A stretch of 64,000 bases of DNA from the human T2T-CHM13v2.0 reference genome, Homo sapiens, in assembly GCF_009914755.1 (NCBI RefSeq), contig NC_060925.1. One strand, written 5' to 3'. The notes beneath the pieces are model-generated. The model ran no database searches. It was not told the DNA's origin and was given only the letters and a program-made list of their open reading frames with translations. Of the stretch, positions 13,498 through 30,460 are shown in pieces; positions within the stretch are counted from its first letter, which is position 1, and each line of letters opens with the position of its first letter. The translations under genes were made by a program, and so were the position numbers.

Positions 13498-15026
13498 TTT
13501 AATGTTTTGGAATGTCTTTCCATCATCCACAGGATAGAGTCTAAACTCCTCAGCATGATCATGAGGCCTCCACAATGTGGCCATGTGGCCCACCTAACTC
13601 CCAGCCTTGCCCTACCCTTCCTGCCTTCAGCCACACCCACTCACTGGTAGGCCCACTTCTGCCTCCATCTGTGTCAGATTCTATCCCTCAGCTCCTATGA
13701 GGCTTTCCACCCTCATCTTTCTAGGATACCTTCCTGGATCCCACAGGCAAAGTTAACTACTCTCAATAGTACAACCCACCACACCCCAAATACATGTATT
13801 TTAGCTCTTCTCCTTCTGAGTTAGAACAGTTGACTTTTGAATCCGTCTACTTTATTATATAGTGAGCCCCTTGAAGGGTATTTCCCAGATCCTAACAGGG
13901 CCTGGTACTAGTGAATCCTTAGCATGAATGAATGAATGAATGAGTAAATGAATGAATATTAAGAACCAGGACCAGACTTTAAGCTTTTTTATCTGTTGCA
14001 GCTCATAGCATAATGCTGAGGACGTTCAGTATCCAGTCAAATATTGATTTTCCTTTTACACATCTATGGGGTACAATCATGCCCCAACAGAACTAGAAAA
14101 GGGAAAATACTATCCATAAAGTCAAAACTGTATCATGAGAAATGCGCTGGACAGGTGGCCAGGAGATCTGGGATTGTCGTCCAGGCCCTATCACCAACTA
14201 ACATGTGACCTTGGGCAGGATATTAACCCCCATTTCCTCAGCTATAATACTGCCATGAAAAGTCTAAAAGGGCGTGAGTGCTGAAGAAATTTGTAAACTG
14301 TAAAGCACTGGGCAAGCCAGAGACATCACTGGCTTCATTCCTCCAGCTACTCTCCAAGGATTAATCTAAAGGGTATACTCAGCGCTACTGCAGGCCATGG
14401 GGCAAGCCTTTCTCACCCTTTCTCCTCTTCTTGGCCTGAGTCCGGGAAGATTTCCATCTGTACCTTGTCTGCAAGCCAGACTCTGAACCTAGGGTTTGGA
14501 AAAACAGGCAGGTTATATTCATCCAGGTGTATCCTGTATACATACTGAGCTGTAAAGCCAAGTTTGTTCTCAGAATAAAGTGAGCACACATATGTGCGTG
14601 TATGTGTATGTGTGCTGCTTTCATTAGCACAGCAAGGTTCAGCACAATAGAGGCAGCTGTGGAGTAGTGGCAAGAGCTCTGAACTTGACATCATTTAGGT
14701 CTTAATTTCACCATTGTCATTCCTGCGCACGCTGAGCGACTTTTGTTATATTCTTAACCTCTTACGGCCTCCCTCCCTCCTCTCTAAAATGAGGTAATGC
14801 ATTTGCCGTAGATTCATTGTAAAGATTACACAAGGAATGTAAGGTGGCTAGCACAGTGCCTGGTATATAGTACATAGTACATATATATTTGTTTGTTGAT
14901 TTCTATTTCTATTAATAATAATTATAACTAACATTTTGTATGCATTTTCTATGCATCAGGCTTTATGCTAAGCATTTTACATGTGTTATATGGAGTAAGT
15001 CTCATGACAACCTTAAAAAATAGATA

Positions 15027-15473
15027 CAGTTGATCCTTGAACAACACAGTTTGAACAGCAAGGGTCCATTTATATGCAGATTTTCACCCACCTCTGCACA
15101 TCTCAGACAGCAAGATCAACTCCTCCCTTCTACCTCCCCTTCAGCCTACTCAACATGAAGACAAAAAGGATGAAGACATTTATTATGATCCACTTCCACT
15201 TAATGAATAGTAAATATATTTTCTTTTCCTTATGATTTTCTTAGCAATATGTGCTTTTCTCTAGCTTACTTTATTGTAAGAATACAGTATATACTAATAG
15301 TACATATAACATACAAAATATGTGTTAATTGACTGTTTGTATTATTGGCAAGATTTCTAGTCAAAAGTAGGCTACTAGAAGTTAAATTTTTGAGGAGTCA
15401 AAAGTTATACGTGGATTTTCAATTGTGCAGGGGGTTGGCGCCCCTAATCCCCATGTTGTTCTTCAGTCAACTG
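15027..15473. mobile_element. Tigger2a (MER28) TcMar-Tigger DNA transposon relic
   Basis: Terminal inverted repeats CAGTTGATCCTTGAACAACA / TGTTGTTCTTCAGTCAACTG with TA target duplications; inserted in a MIR. Confidence 0.88.
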
Positions 15474-16025
15474 TATTGTTATTCTTCCTTATAGACTAGA
15501 AGACTGACACTCTGATGGGTTAAGCTGCTACCCCAAGGTCAGAATAGAGCTGGTAATTAGAGGAACCAGGGCTCAGATACATTTCTCTATATTCTAAAGC
15601 AATGCTTTTGGGACTTCTAATGAAATATGTCTGTTTAAGTCAACATTTTTGCCCTTATTACCAGGAAATTATACTAAAGGGACAATAAAAATAGGAGGGA
15701 AAGTAGAAGACTCAAATAATAGAAGTATAAGCTTAATTACATAAGTATCCATATAAACAGACACACTAAGGAAAATGTTGTTGACTGAAATGGGTTTGTT
15801 AAGAAGGAGGAAGATAAGCACACTAATTGTGTCATCATTTATAATGAACTAGCAGATAGTGTCCAAAAAGTAGAGAGAACTAAGGATGTTTTATAAATAT
15901 ATAAACTGGTAACCACTAAAATAGAAATGTAACCCATCTTAAATAGCAGAGAAAGCACAAACAAAAAACAAAATAGAGCTGTTTTTATAGTAAATGACAT
16001 ACATACGTCCATAAATGCAAGCTAG

Positions 16026-19810
<3,785 letters not shown>

Positions 19811-19849
19811 AAAAATATATTTCTTTAAAATTAAAATGTATATAAAGCT

Positions 19850-20845
19850 GGGAATATAAAATTAAATGACAAACATAAAACTAAAACATAAAATTAAATG
19901 ACAAAAATAAAAGCTAAACATAGCTCTTATATTAATAAGTATGAATGGACTTTAATTCACTTTACTAAGAGAAATACTGTCAGACCGGATCATAAAGCAA
20001 AACCCCAAATTGCCCAAAAAGATTAAGAAAATAAGATGATGAGAAAATGTATAATAGACAAATTCAAACATAAAGAACGCTGAGGTTGCCATTTCATATG
20101 AGAAACTGCGGAATTCAGGTTAAAGAAAAAAAAAAACTAAAACAGACAAGGAGGGGTATGCAACAATGATGAAGTGTGAAATTCACAACGAGGCTACAAG
20201 AATTTTGAAAATCTATACCCAAAATAACACAGCAGAAATATTCATAAAGCTGTAAGAAGACATTAACAACAACATAATCATGGTACAAAATTAACAACAA
20301 AATAATCATGGTACAAAAATGTAACCTATTTTCTCAATCCCTGATAGATCAAGTGGATGGATAAATAAATAAATACATGCATAAGTAAATAAAATACATA
20401 ATTAAATGTAACAAAGACCTAAATAACAAATATAAAGCCAATTTCATTGATATGTTTCAAACGATATACTCTGAAAATAGAGATCACATTTTATATTGTT
20501 TTCAAATGTTCATTTTATACTCATAAAAATTTATCATATATTAGCTGCCCAAACCTCGAACATTCCAAAATGCAGAGATACTCATGGTAATATTCTCTTC
20601 TTACAAAGCAACCAAACAAGAAAGTTATAATAAAATTTAAAAATTAATTTAGTGATGTACATACTTCATTTAAATAACTTCTAATTTAGACAGACAAGTT
20701 TAAAAACAACATTAATGAAAATATTATATATCAAAACCATGAGATACCATAAAGCAGTCTCAGAGGAAAATTCATACCTCAGTACTTACATTAATTAAAA
20801 AGTACAGAAACAGATAGACCAAACATATGTTAAAAATATAGGAAA
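19850..20845 (+). mobile_element. Highly degraded L1M ORF2 endonuclease-region fragment
   Basis: ATGAATGGACTTTAATTCAC, TTTATCATATATTAG and AAAGCAGTCTCAGAGGAAAATTCATA echo the L1 ORF2 N-terminus. Confidence 0.6.
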
Positions 20846-20848
20846 AGA

Positions 20849-21204
<356 letters not shown>

Positions 21205-21342
21205 TTATTTCCAAATAATAAACTTATTTATTTATTTCTAAATAACAAACTTATTTATTCGGAAAAATAAGTTTTTCCAAATAAACTGTTGGAAAAGAGA
21301 AGGAAGAGTGACAGTTAAGCTGAGATTCAAAAAAAGAGGAGT

Positions 21343-21739
<397 letters not shown>

Positions 21740-22889
21740 TTAGAGGACCAGGGGTATAGGCCAAAGGGAGGTGAAGGGGTAGAGCATGCAGGACCACAGG
21801 GGCCATAAGGAGCGTGAAGGCTATCCTGCCTGCACAGGGCCACGTGGACATGATCTATGCAGTGGCACTACAGAAGTGGATTCACATGTTAGCAGGATTG
21901 CTTTGGCTGCGGGGCAGGGAAATGGACGGGAGGCGGTGAAGGAAGCAGGAGACTAGGCATAACATTATACATAGAGGACGAAGATGGTGCCTGGCCTGGA
22001 GGCATGGACAGGTACCCCTTGCCTGATGTTCACAGTCAAACCAGCCTTCCAGAATTGGGTTCAGCTCCAGAAGTGGCACTTCCAGAAAGCCTACAGCAAA
22101 CTTGAGACTCTCTAGCTGAGCACCAGAACACCAAAGTATGTAAGAGTTTGAGAGCAAGTGAAGCGGGTGACCCAAACAACCCAGGCTATCTGGCTTGTAA
22201 ACACAGAAACCAGAAATCATCATGGCCTCCCTCATTCTGAGTGAGGGGGCTGCCATGTCTCAGAGTCCATGCCGTCCCCACAGAAGCTTCCAGGTTCCAA
22301 GAAAAGGCCAAGTAGAGGCTGAAGGTTTCTGGGCTTTCCCGAGGAGTTACTGAGATTGATTTCTTTTGAAGGAGTGCAGACTCTTCCCTGCTGCCCCTTC
22401 TTTTTATAAAGGCATCAATCGTTTGAGTCACTTGGGAATAAAACTGTTGTTGTGGAGAAGATTTCTGTGGGCGCCCGAGTAGGAGTTGGGATGGCTGCTG
22501 TCAGGGGATGGGAGAACATATGGTGGTCTGTTGTGAATGTGATCTGTTTTTTGTGTTGTTGTTAAACTTCCTCTTGTTAGCATTGGGCCAGTTATGTAAG
22601 AGCTTGAGGGTCCATATGGTTTGTTGCATAAGACGCCAAAGAGGAACATGGTTTGCCATTGCCTTGCAGCTACTCCAATTGTGAATTTAAAAAATGTGGC
22701 CACAGTGTTATATTTGGGCAATGGAGTCAAGTAGTCCTGGATTTGAATATCAGTTCCACCACTGGTTAGCTGTATGACCCTGGGTAAGTTACCTAACCTC
22801 TCTGAAACTTAAACTCTCAAAGACTCAATAGCCTTCTTGCAAAATGGAGAAAACAGTACGTACTTCATATAGCTGTTAAGAGGATACAG

Positions 22890-23013
22890 TAATGCTAAAT
22901 GACGAGTTAACGGGTGCGGCACACCAGCATGGCACATATATACATATGTAATTAGCCTGCACATTGTGCACATGTACCCTAAAACTTAAAGTATAATAAT
23001 AATAAAATAAAAA
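22890..23013 (+). mobile_element. Extremely 5'-truncated young L1PA (PA2-PA4-like) 3' tip
   Basis: TAATGCTAAATGACGAGTTAA...CCCTAAAACTTAAAGTATAATAA plus A-tail; perfect 12-bp TSD AAGAGGATACAG (22878-22889 / 23014-23025). Confidence 0.92.
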
Positions 23014-26000
23014 AAGAGGATACAGAATTAATAATGCTAGTTACAATGTATTGAGTATCCCAAATTTGCAATACTGTGTGCTTTACAAATATTGCTTTGT
23101 TTAAACCTCACAGAAATCCTTGGAAGTAGCTGTTACTCTTTTTATGTTTCAAAGAGGAAACTGAGGAGCAAAGTGATGGAATGGCTTCCCTCATCTAATA
23201 GGAAGCTGTGGAGCTAAGATTCAAACATATGTTCCTGCCAAGAAGAGCTATTGACATTGGGCCTCACTGTCTCCAGTGCTGGTGAAGCACTAGGCACATA
23301 ACAGGTGCCAAGTCAATGTGATCCTAGACTATAGGCTTCATGAGGCAAGACATTTGGACAATTTTGTTCACTACTGCATCCCCAGGTTTAAAAACCGTGC
23401 TGGGTGCAGAGTAGGCATTCAGTAATAACTTTTGGACTAAATAAATGGATTCTGCATTTATGGCATAGCTGTCAGTTCTGGAGGTGGAGCTGCTTGGGTT
23501 TGAATCCCAACTCTGCCATTTACTAGCTGTGAAAATAGCTAATTCAGTTGGTTGGTTCATTTTCCAGCACAGTGTTCTCATCTGTATACTGCGATTACTG
23601 GTCACTTCCTCTCGATAACTGTCCCTTTCCCTGTTTTCTTCTGGATGCACAGATCAATCCTCTATCCCAGGCTTATTCATCTATACCCCACCCGATTTAA
23701 GATGAAACAAAACCCCAAACACAAAACTGCAACAACAAACTTACCTGTGCTTTCTGGAGCTCCTATATGAACTTATCCTTACTAATGCAAATAGATGACA
23801 AGATTAATATGTTATCTTTATCAGAGGGATTTGCATCTCAGCAAGTACATTCTTGAAATATGGTGATTTAACCCACGGCGTAATTGCTTACTGGAAGAAT
23901 TACACACAACCTATAGGAAGTCATTACTAAGAAGAGTTCTTGGGTGTTACTCTGGCTCGGTGGAAAAGGTCATGATCAATTGGTGATGCCTGCAAAGGCA
24001 TGGAGGGAGGTGCTTGGGGCTTGAATGCCATCCTGGACTAAGCTGATCTTCCCATATTTTAGAGCTGAGGAAACTGACTGAGGCTCTATCAAGGAAAAGT
24101 GACTTGCTCAAAATAAATAATTAGGCTTCAGAAGCAGCATTAGACTCTTGCTTTTTTCTGATTCACAGTCCAGTTCTTTTGCCCTAATCTTCCAACATAC
24201 TGGTTTGGACCAAAGCTTATTGGGGGGAAAAAAAGAGGGGGAAGGAGAATTAACCTTCATGGAGCACCCACCCTAGACTGGAGACTCTCCATGAGATACT
24301 TTAAAAACATTTTCTTTTATCCTGTGAGGTGAGCAACATGTCTCCCATTTTACAGATGAGGAAGCCGAGTCTCAGAGAAGTGATGTAACTTACCCAAGGT
24401 CCCAGAGCCAGAGAGGGAAGCCTGACCTGACCTGGATCCTTATTCCTGCGTCTGGGGATGATTTGAACCCACACTCCAAGGCTAAATATTTGTCCACCCC
24501 ACAGGTTCAAAAGTTGAGCATCCCTGCTCTCCCACCTACAGAACTAGCTGTGAAGGCTTGGGCAAGTGACTTCACTTCTCTGGGATAGATTTTTCATCTT
24601 TAAATAAGGACAATCAGCATACATTCCTTAAAGAATGTAATGAGGATTTAGTAAATTCGAGTACATAAAATGATGAATATCGGGTCTGTCCCATAGTAAG
24701 TACTCTTTTAATATTAGTTCAAAACAAACAAATCTGACACATGCGGCCTCACTCCAGTGCCCTGAGAGGCTAGAGGTGCTGGGATGGCCCACACAGGGCC
24801 CAGGGAGACGGCAGCCAGGCCCAGCCTCCCCGGAGCCTTTGCTCCGTGTTTTGGCACAAGGCCCGGGACTGAGGAGTCCCCATTCCTCTCTCCTGTCAAC
24901 TCAGCAGAACAAGCTGTTTCAAGGGAAGGTGGTTCCCCTTGAGAAAATGTTCTCGCACGCCCTGGAGGCTCTTGCCCTGCACGTCGTCAGCGATCAGCCG
25001 GTACAGGGCCTGGGCCCCACCCTGCACAACCATTCTTTCAAAGTCTGTATCCTGCCAAGTCATAAAAGGTAGTGTGCGGTCTGGACAGCTGTGGTCTTCT
25101 AGCAGAACTCCCCTTTGCTGATGACTTTGAACCAACTTTGTCTCTGTGTGCCTCAGTTTCAGGCCCTTTAAAATGAGGTGGTAATGAGCTGTCTGTCAAC
25201 TCTTTGGTAGGAAGGTTGAGAGAAACCACTGGAGACACTGCCTCTTCTACCTCATTTCCCATGCCTTCTGCAAATGTCTGCAGTCTGGCCTCTGTCCCCT
25301 TGATGCCAAACAAAACCGCCCTGCCCAAGGTCACTGTTGTAAATCTAAATGACACCCCTCAGCAGCAGTGGGAGCATTCTGTCCTGGTGTGTTCTCTGAC
25401 TCTGTGGCCTCTGATTCCCTTCCTCCCCATCTGGCCACTTTCTCATTCTCCTCTAAGGGATCCTTTCCTTCCTTCAGTCCTTAAATGCTGCAATTTCTCC
25501 AAGGTTCGGTCCCCAATCTCCTTTCTCCTCACTCTGTATACTCCCAGGGTGCTTAATACCACAAGCCTGGACCGAAGTCACTCTGAGAGTATATGGAGTG
25601 AGGAGAAAGGAGGTTCTCCTGCACTGTGTATTCCTCATCCTCACCACCCAATCATCCAACCCGTGATCTGGATCTCAGAGAATTGCACGGCCATTCATTC
25701 AGTAAATGTGTAATAAACACCTTCCAGGTGCAGGTACTGTTCAAGGAGTAAAGTTTACAGCAAAGGAGAGGACATAGTCCCTGCTCTTATAGCACTTACC
25801 CTGCTTCTACCAAGATGTCCAAGGGTCTGGGGCTCCTTGTAACTCCCTTCTCCCTCACCCTCTTTTGCAATTGGCCACCAAGTCTTGCCAATTCTGCTTC
25901 CATAGTATCACTTGAGTTGATTCCCTCTTTTCTGGATGTTCTCATTGCCATGACTTAGTTCAGGCAACTGCTTCCAACCTGGTCTCCCAGCGACTCCAGG

Positions 26001-26055
26001 CTTGCCCCGTCCAATGCACTGTACACTGCAGCCAGAGCTATTTTTAAAAAACACA

Positions 26056-26379
<324 letters not shown>

Positions 26380-26464
26380 TTATGCTGCGCCTTTGCTTAA
26401 ACCCTCCATGAGTCCTTCCCATCACCTTAATGATGAAGTCTAAGTCTCTTAGCTAGGTAGATGT

Positions 26465-26518
26465 GTATCAGTCAGGAAGGAGTCTATCAGGGAAACAGAA
26501 TCAGTAAGAGACTAGGAT

Positions 26519-26577
<59 letters not shown>

Positions 26578-26724
26578 ATCTTCTATCTATATCTATCTAT
26601 CTTGTCTATCTACCTATCATCTGCCTTATCTATCTAATTTATCTATTTATCTTATCTACCCACCTATCTATCAAATCTATATATAATCTAATCTATCCAT
26701 CTTATCTCTCTTTCTATCTGTCTG

Positions 26725-26758
<34 letters not shown>

Positions 26759-27126
26759 ATCTATCTATCTGTCTATCTAGAGATTTACTTCAAGGAATTA
26801 GCTTCTGTAGTTGTGGGATCTTGCTAGACATTTCTGATATATGCAGGGCAGGTCAGCCAGTTGGAAACTCTTGGGCAGAGCTGAAGCTGCAGTTCACAAG
26901 CTGAATTCTTTCTCTCTCAGGGAAATCTCAGTCTTGCTCTTAAGGCCTATCAATGGACTGACTGAGGCCCACTCATGTGATTGAGGACAATCTTCTTTAC
27001 TTAAAGTCAACTGATTTTAGGTATTAACCATATTCACAAAATACCTTCTCAGCACACCTGGATTAGTGTTTGGTTGAATATCTGGGTACTATAGCCTAGT
27101 CAAGTTGACACATAAAACTAACCATC
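26465..27126 (-). mobile_element. MLT2 (MLT2D-like, ERVL) solo LTR
   Basis: Ends in GCCTAGTCAAGTTGACACATAAAACTAACCATC, the reverse complement of the MLT2 LTR start; typical internal microsatellite position. Confidence 0.85.
26519..26778. repeat. Compound (TATC)n / GATA tetranucleotide STR
   Basis: About 13 perfect TATC units at 26521-26572, a degenerate middle and a second pure block at ~26725-26758. Confidence 0.97.
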
Positions 27127-27803
27127 CTAACAGGGTGCTTCTGGACCTGATTCATGCCCGTCTCCCTCACCTCTTTTCTTCCCACCTCACACTAAGGCTC
27201 AGTCACCCCTTGCAGTGTGCCCACTGGCCTTCTGCCACCTGTCCTTGCACAGGCCTAGAATATTCCCCACCCCTTTCCCGGAGAACTTCTAGTCGTCTTT
27301 AAAACCACTGGGATGCTTCTTCTTCAGGAAGCCTTCCCTGATTCCTCCCCACCCAATCCCTCCCACTCTGAGTTAACTGCATTGTCTCTGAGTTTGTAAA
27401 GCCCCTACTAATCATGTGAGATGGAAACTGCCTCGGGGGCTGCAAGGTCTGGCTCAGTAGCATGTGAACAGCTCTAGAACAAAAACTTTCTATCACATCA
27501 CTCTGGTAAGCCCCACATGATGCAAATCCCAATCAGCAGCAATGATCTCATTTACTTGTGAATAAATCTCCCCTCCCTATTAGAATGAAAGCTCCATGGA
27601 GGTAGGAACTGTACCTGTCTCTTTCAGGGCAGTATCTCTCAGACCTAACTGTGCCGGGCACATAGTAGATACTTAATAAACGTTTACTGAGCAAATTAAT
27701 TAATAGTTGTTTGAATGGATTCAACAATAAATGTTAATTAAGAATCTTCTAAGTTCTAGGCATTATTGGGGACCTGGAAATATAATTATCAAGAAGGACA
27801 AGG

Positions 27804-28232
27804 ATGCCCATCAATGATATATTAGAAAGAAAATGTGGTACATATACACCATGGAATACTATACAGCCATAAAAAGGAACAAGGTCATGTCCTTTGCTGG
27901 GACATGGATGGAGCCGGAAGCCATTATCCTCAGCAAACTAACACAGGAACAGAAAACCAAACACAACATGTTCTCACTTACAAAAGTGAGAGCTGAAAGA
28001 TGAGAACACATGGACACATGAGAGGGAACAACACACACTGGGGCCTATCGGGGTTGGGGTGAGGGGAAGGAGAGCAGGAAGAATAGCTAATGCATGCTGG
28101 GCTTAATACCTAGGTGATGGGTTGATCTGTGCGACAAATCACTATGACACACGTTTACCTAGGTAACAAACCTGCACATCCTGCACATGTACCCTGGAAC
28201 TTAAAATAAAAGTTGATTTAAAAAAAAAAAAA
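27804..28232 (+). mobile_element. L1PA13-15-like 3' end
   Basis: ATGTGGTACATATACACCATGGAATAC...GGAACTTAAAATAAAAG plus poly(A); TSD AAGA(A/G)GGACAAGG. Confidence 0.9.
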
Positions 28233-28834
28233 GAGGGACAAGGGCCAGCTCTCATGGAGCTCACATTCCAAGGAGGGGTGACAGGCAGCAACTAAATAAA
28301 CTTATAAGTGATCAGGATAGGGAAATTAAAAATATAATATAGCTAATTAAATGAATAAAGGCACAAATGAATAAATGAATAATTGGAAATATCTATCTTT
28401 CATCTATTATTTATGCATCTGTCTACCTACCTACCTACCTACCTATCTGTCTGTCTATCTTCCCTTTCTTCAGCAAGAAACCTACATTGGGAGAGGGTAG
28501 GAAGTAGCGATATGGACACTAGATTTGGATTAGGAATTAGAAAGGTCTGACTCCATTCTTTACTGGTAGTGTGTGCCTGGTTAAGTAATCTAGCCCTGAG
28601 AATCTAGATCAGTTCTCTTATCTGTAATATAGGATTATGGTAACTGCTTTGTTTCTCCAACAGGGCTGTCATATCACATGAGGCAGCAAACATAAATGAA
28701 CTTGGTGACTTGGAAGCTCTGTACCAATGTTAGGGGAGATTGTTGTTGATATTTGCAATTGTTGCAAGCAGAGCACTTTAGCTCCACCAGTTAATTGCAT
28801 TGTTTAGTTGGAGAGAACCAGAAAGGAATTTTGG

Positions 28835-29075
28835 CATGGGACAGACCTGAGTTTCAGTTCCACTTCAGCCACTGCATGTTGAGTTGTGTGACCTTAAACA
28901 TGAATTATTTCATCTTCCTTGGACTCGGTTTTCTGATCTGTGAAAATGGGGAAAGTAATTGCCCCCATCTAATAAGGCCATAAGGCAACAGCCAGGTTTA
29001 AACAAGGTAATCTATGTCAAGTGCTTGGCATAGGGTTAAGCCCATAGGAAGAGCTCAGCTAATATTAGCTACTAA
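28835..29075 (+). mobile_element. MIR
   Basis: ACAGACCTGAGTTTCAG...TGTGTGACCTT...TCTGTGAAAATGGGG. Confidence 0.7.
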
Positions 29076-30258
29076 TAGTCATTCTGTCAATCATCGGTGG
29101 CTGTTCGTAAATGGAGCCATTCATGGTTCAATTTCTCAAGTCTCACTTTTCTGCCAGGAAACTTCCCAAGTCTTTATGCACCAACACCTGTGATTATGCA
29201 AAACCACAATCAGCGTTCATATTCCGAACATAAACAAATGGAGAATTCGCCCTTCAATACTCCCCCTCCCCATTTTTCAAAAAACAGTTTCTGGAACATA
29301 GAAAGATGAACTCTTCATTTCTATAGAAAACAAGTGTTCCTGGTTTTATAATCATATAACCCTGAAACAGTTATGTTTTTTCATGTAATGCATTTTAGAA
29401 GTTCCATAAAGGAGTCGTTGTCAAGAGAAAACACAGCTGGTGCCCAATTAGAGAGGTGAACGACACTAATGGACCAGCAGAACTCTTAATTAAGCTGGAC
29501 CACAAACTGCAGGAGAGATGGCGGGTGGGAAACTGCAGTGGCCCACACACTCACGCAAAGGAATGAATGGGAAGGGCATTTAAGCTTTTAAAAGCTGGCT
29601 TTGCAGAGGCCAACACCTGATTTTGACTCACTCTGAACTTCTTTCTCTTCCTTTTCCCTGAGAAGCCTCAAGCTCTTTCACTTCTATTTGGGCATCAGTT
29701 TCTATCTTATTTGTCATCAGCTTCTGCGCTGGGAAGATTCTGAAAGTGGACTGGAGAGCAACAACTTCAGGAACATCTCCAGGGACTGCCTGTCTGCATT
29801 TCTTTCCTGCAGCACTGCTCTCTTTAGACAACTCCTGTCTCCCTCAGCAGTACCCCACTCACATCCAACTCTTGCTCATTTTTCCCATTGCTGCTGTCTT
29901 CTTTGCTCCCTCTTCCTACTGTGCCCTGTAGTATCCCCGTATTGTGCCAAATATACTCCACTTAAAACCTCACCTCTCTGCATGCCTTTGTCTCTGGATC
30001 TGAAGTGGAACCTGTATACTTTGCTGTCCCCATGGAGATGGTTTGTTTTTTCATATTCCACACACCTCAAAGCCAAGAAGCAGGACTGAGCTTCTTTTAT
30101 GTCCCCTAATGCTACCTACACCTTAATCCTCTACCCTCCTGTGAAACAGATACACCTGCTGCCACACATTTGGTAATCACATCTGGAAAGAGATGCTGGA
30201 TCTGCCATGCACTAAGAGAAGGTGTGTGTGTCTATTTGCGAGGTGGTATGAAGCGGAA

Positions 30259-30460
30259 CAGAGGTTCTCAAAGTGCAGCCTTGGGACCAGCTGCTCAATG
30301 ATCACCTGGGAACTTCTTAGAAATGGAAATTCTTGGGCTCCACTCCAGACTGACTGAATCAGAAACTCTAGGGGAGGGACCAAACATCCTGCTTTAACAA
30401 ATCCTCCACCCCACCCCACCCCAGGCAATTCTAGTGATTACCCATGTTGGAAAACCACTA
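30259..30460. mobile_element. MER5A (hAT-Charlie)
   Basis: CAGAGGTTCTCAAAGTG...ATCACCTGGGAACTT...CTGAATCAGAAACTCT...TTTAACAA...AACCACT. Confidence 0.85.

Noticed and set aside
21882-22730. Three adjacent minus-strand ORFs of 81-124 aa, considered as a pseudogene
   Set aside because: No recognisable homology, poly(A) tail or TSD, and frames are inconsistent; better explained as unique non-coding DNA.
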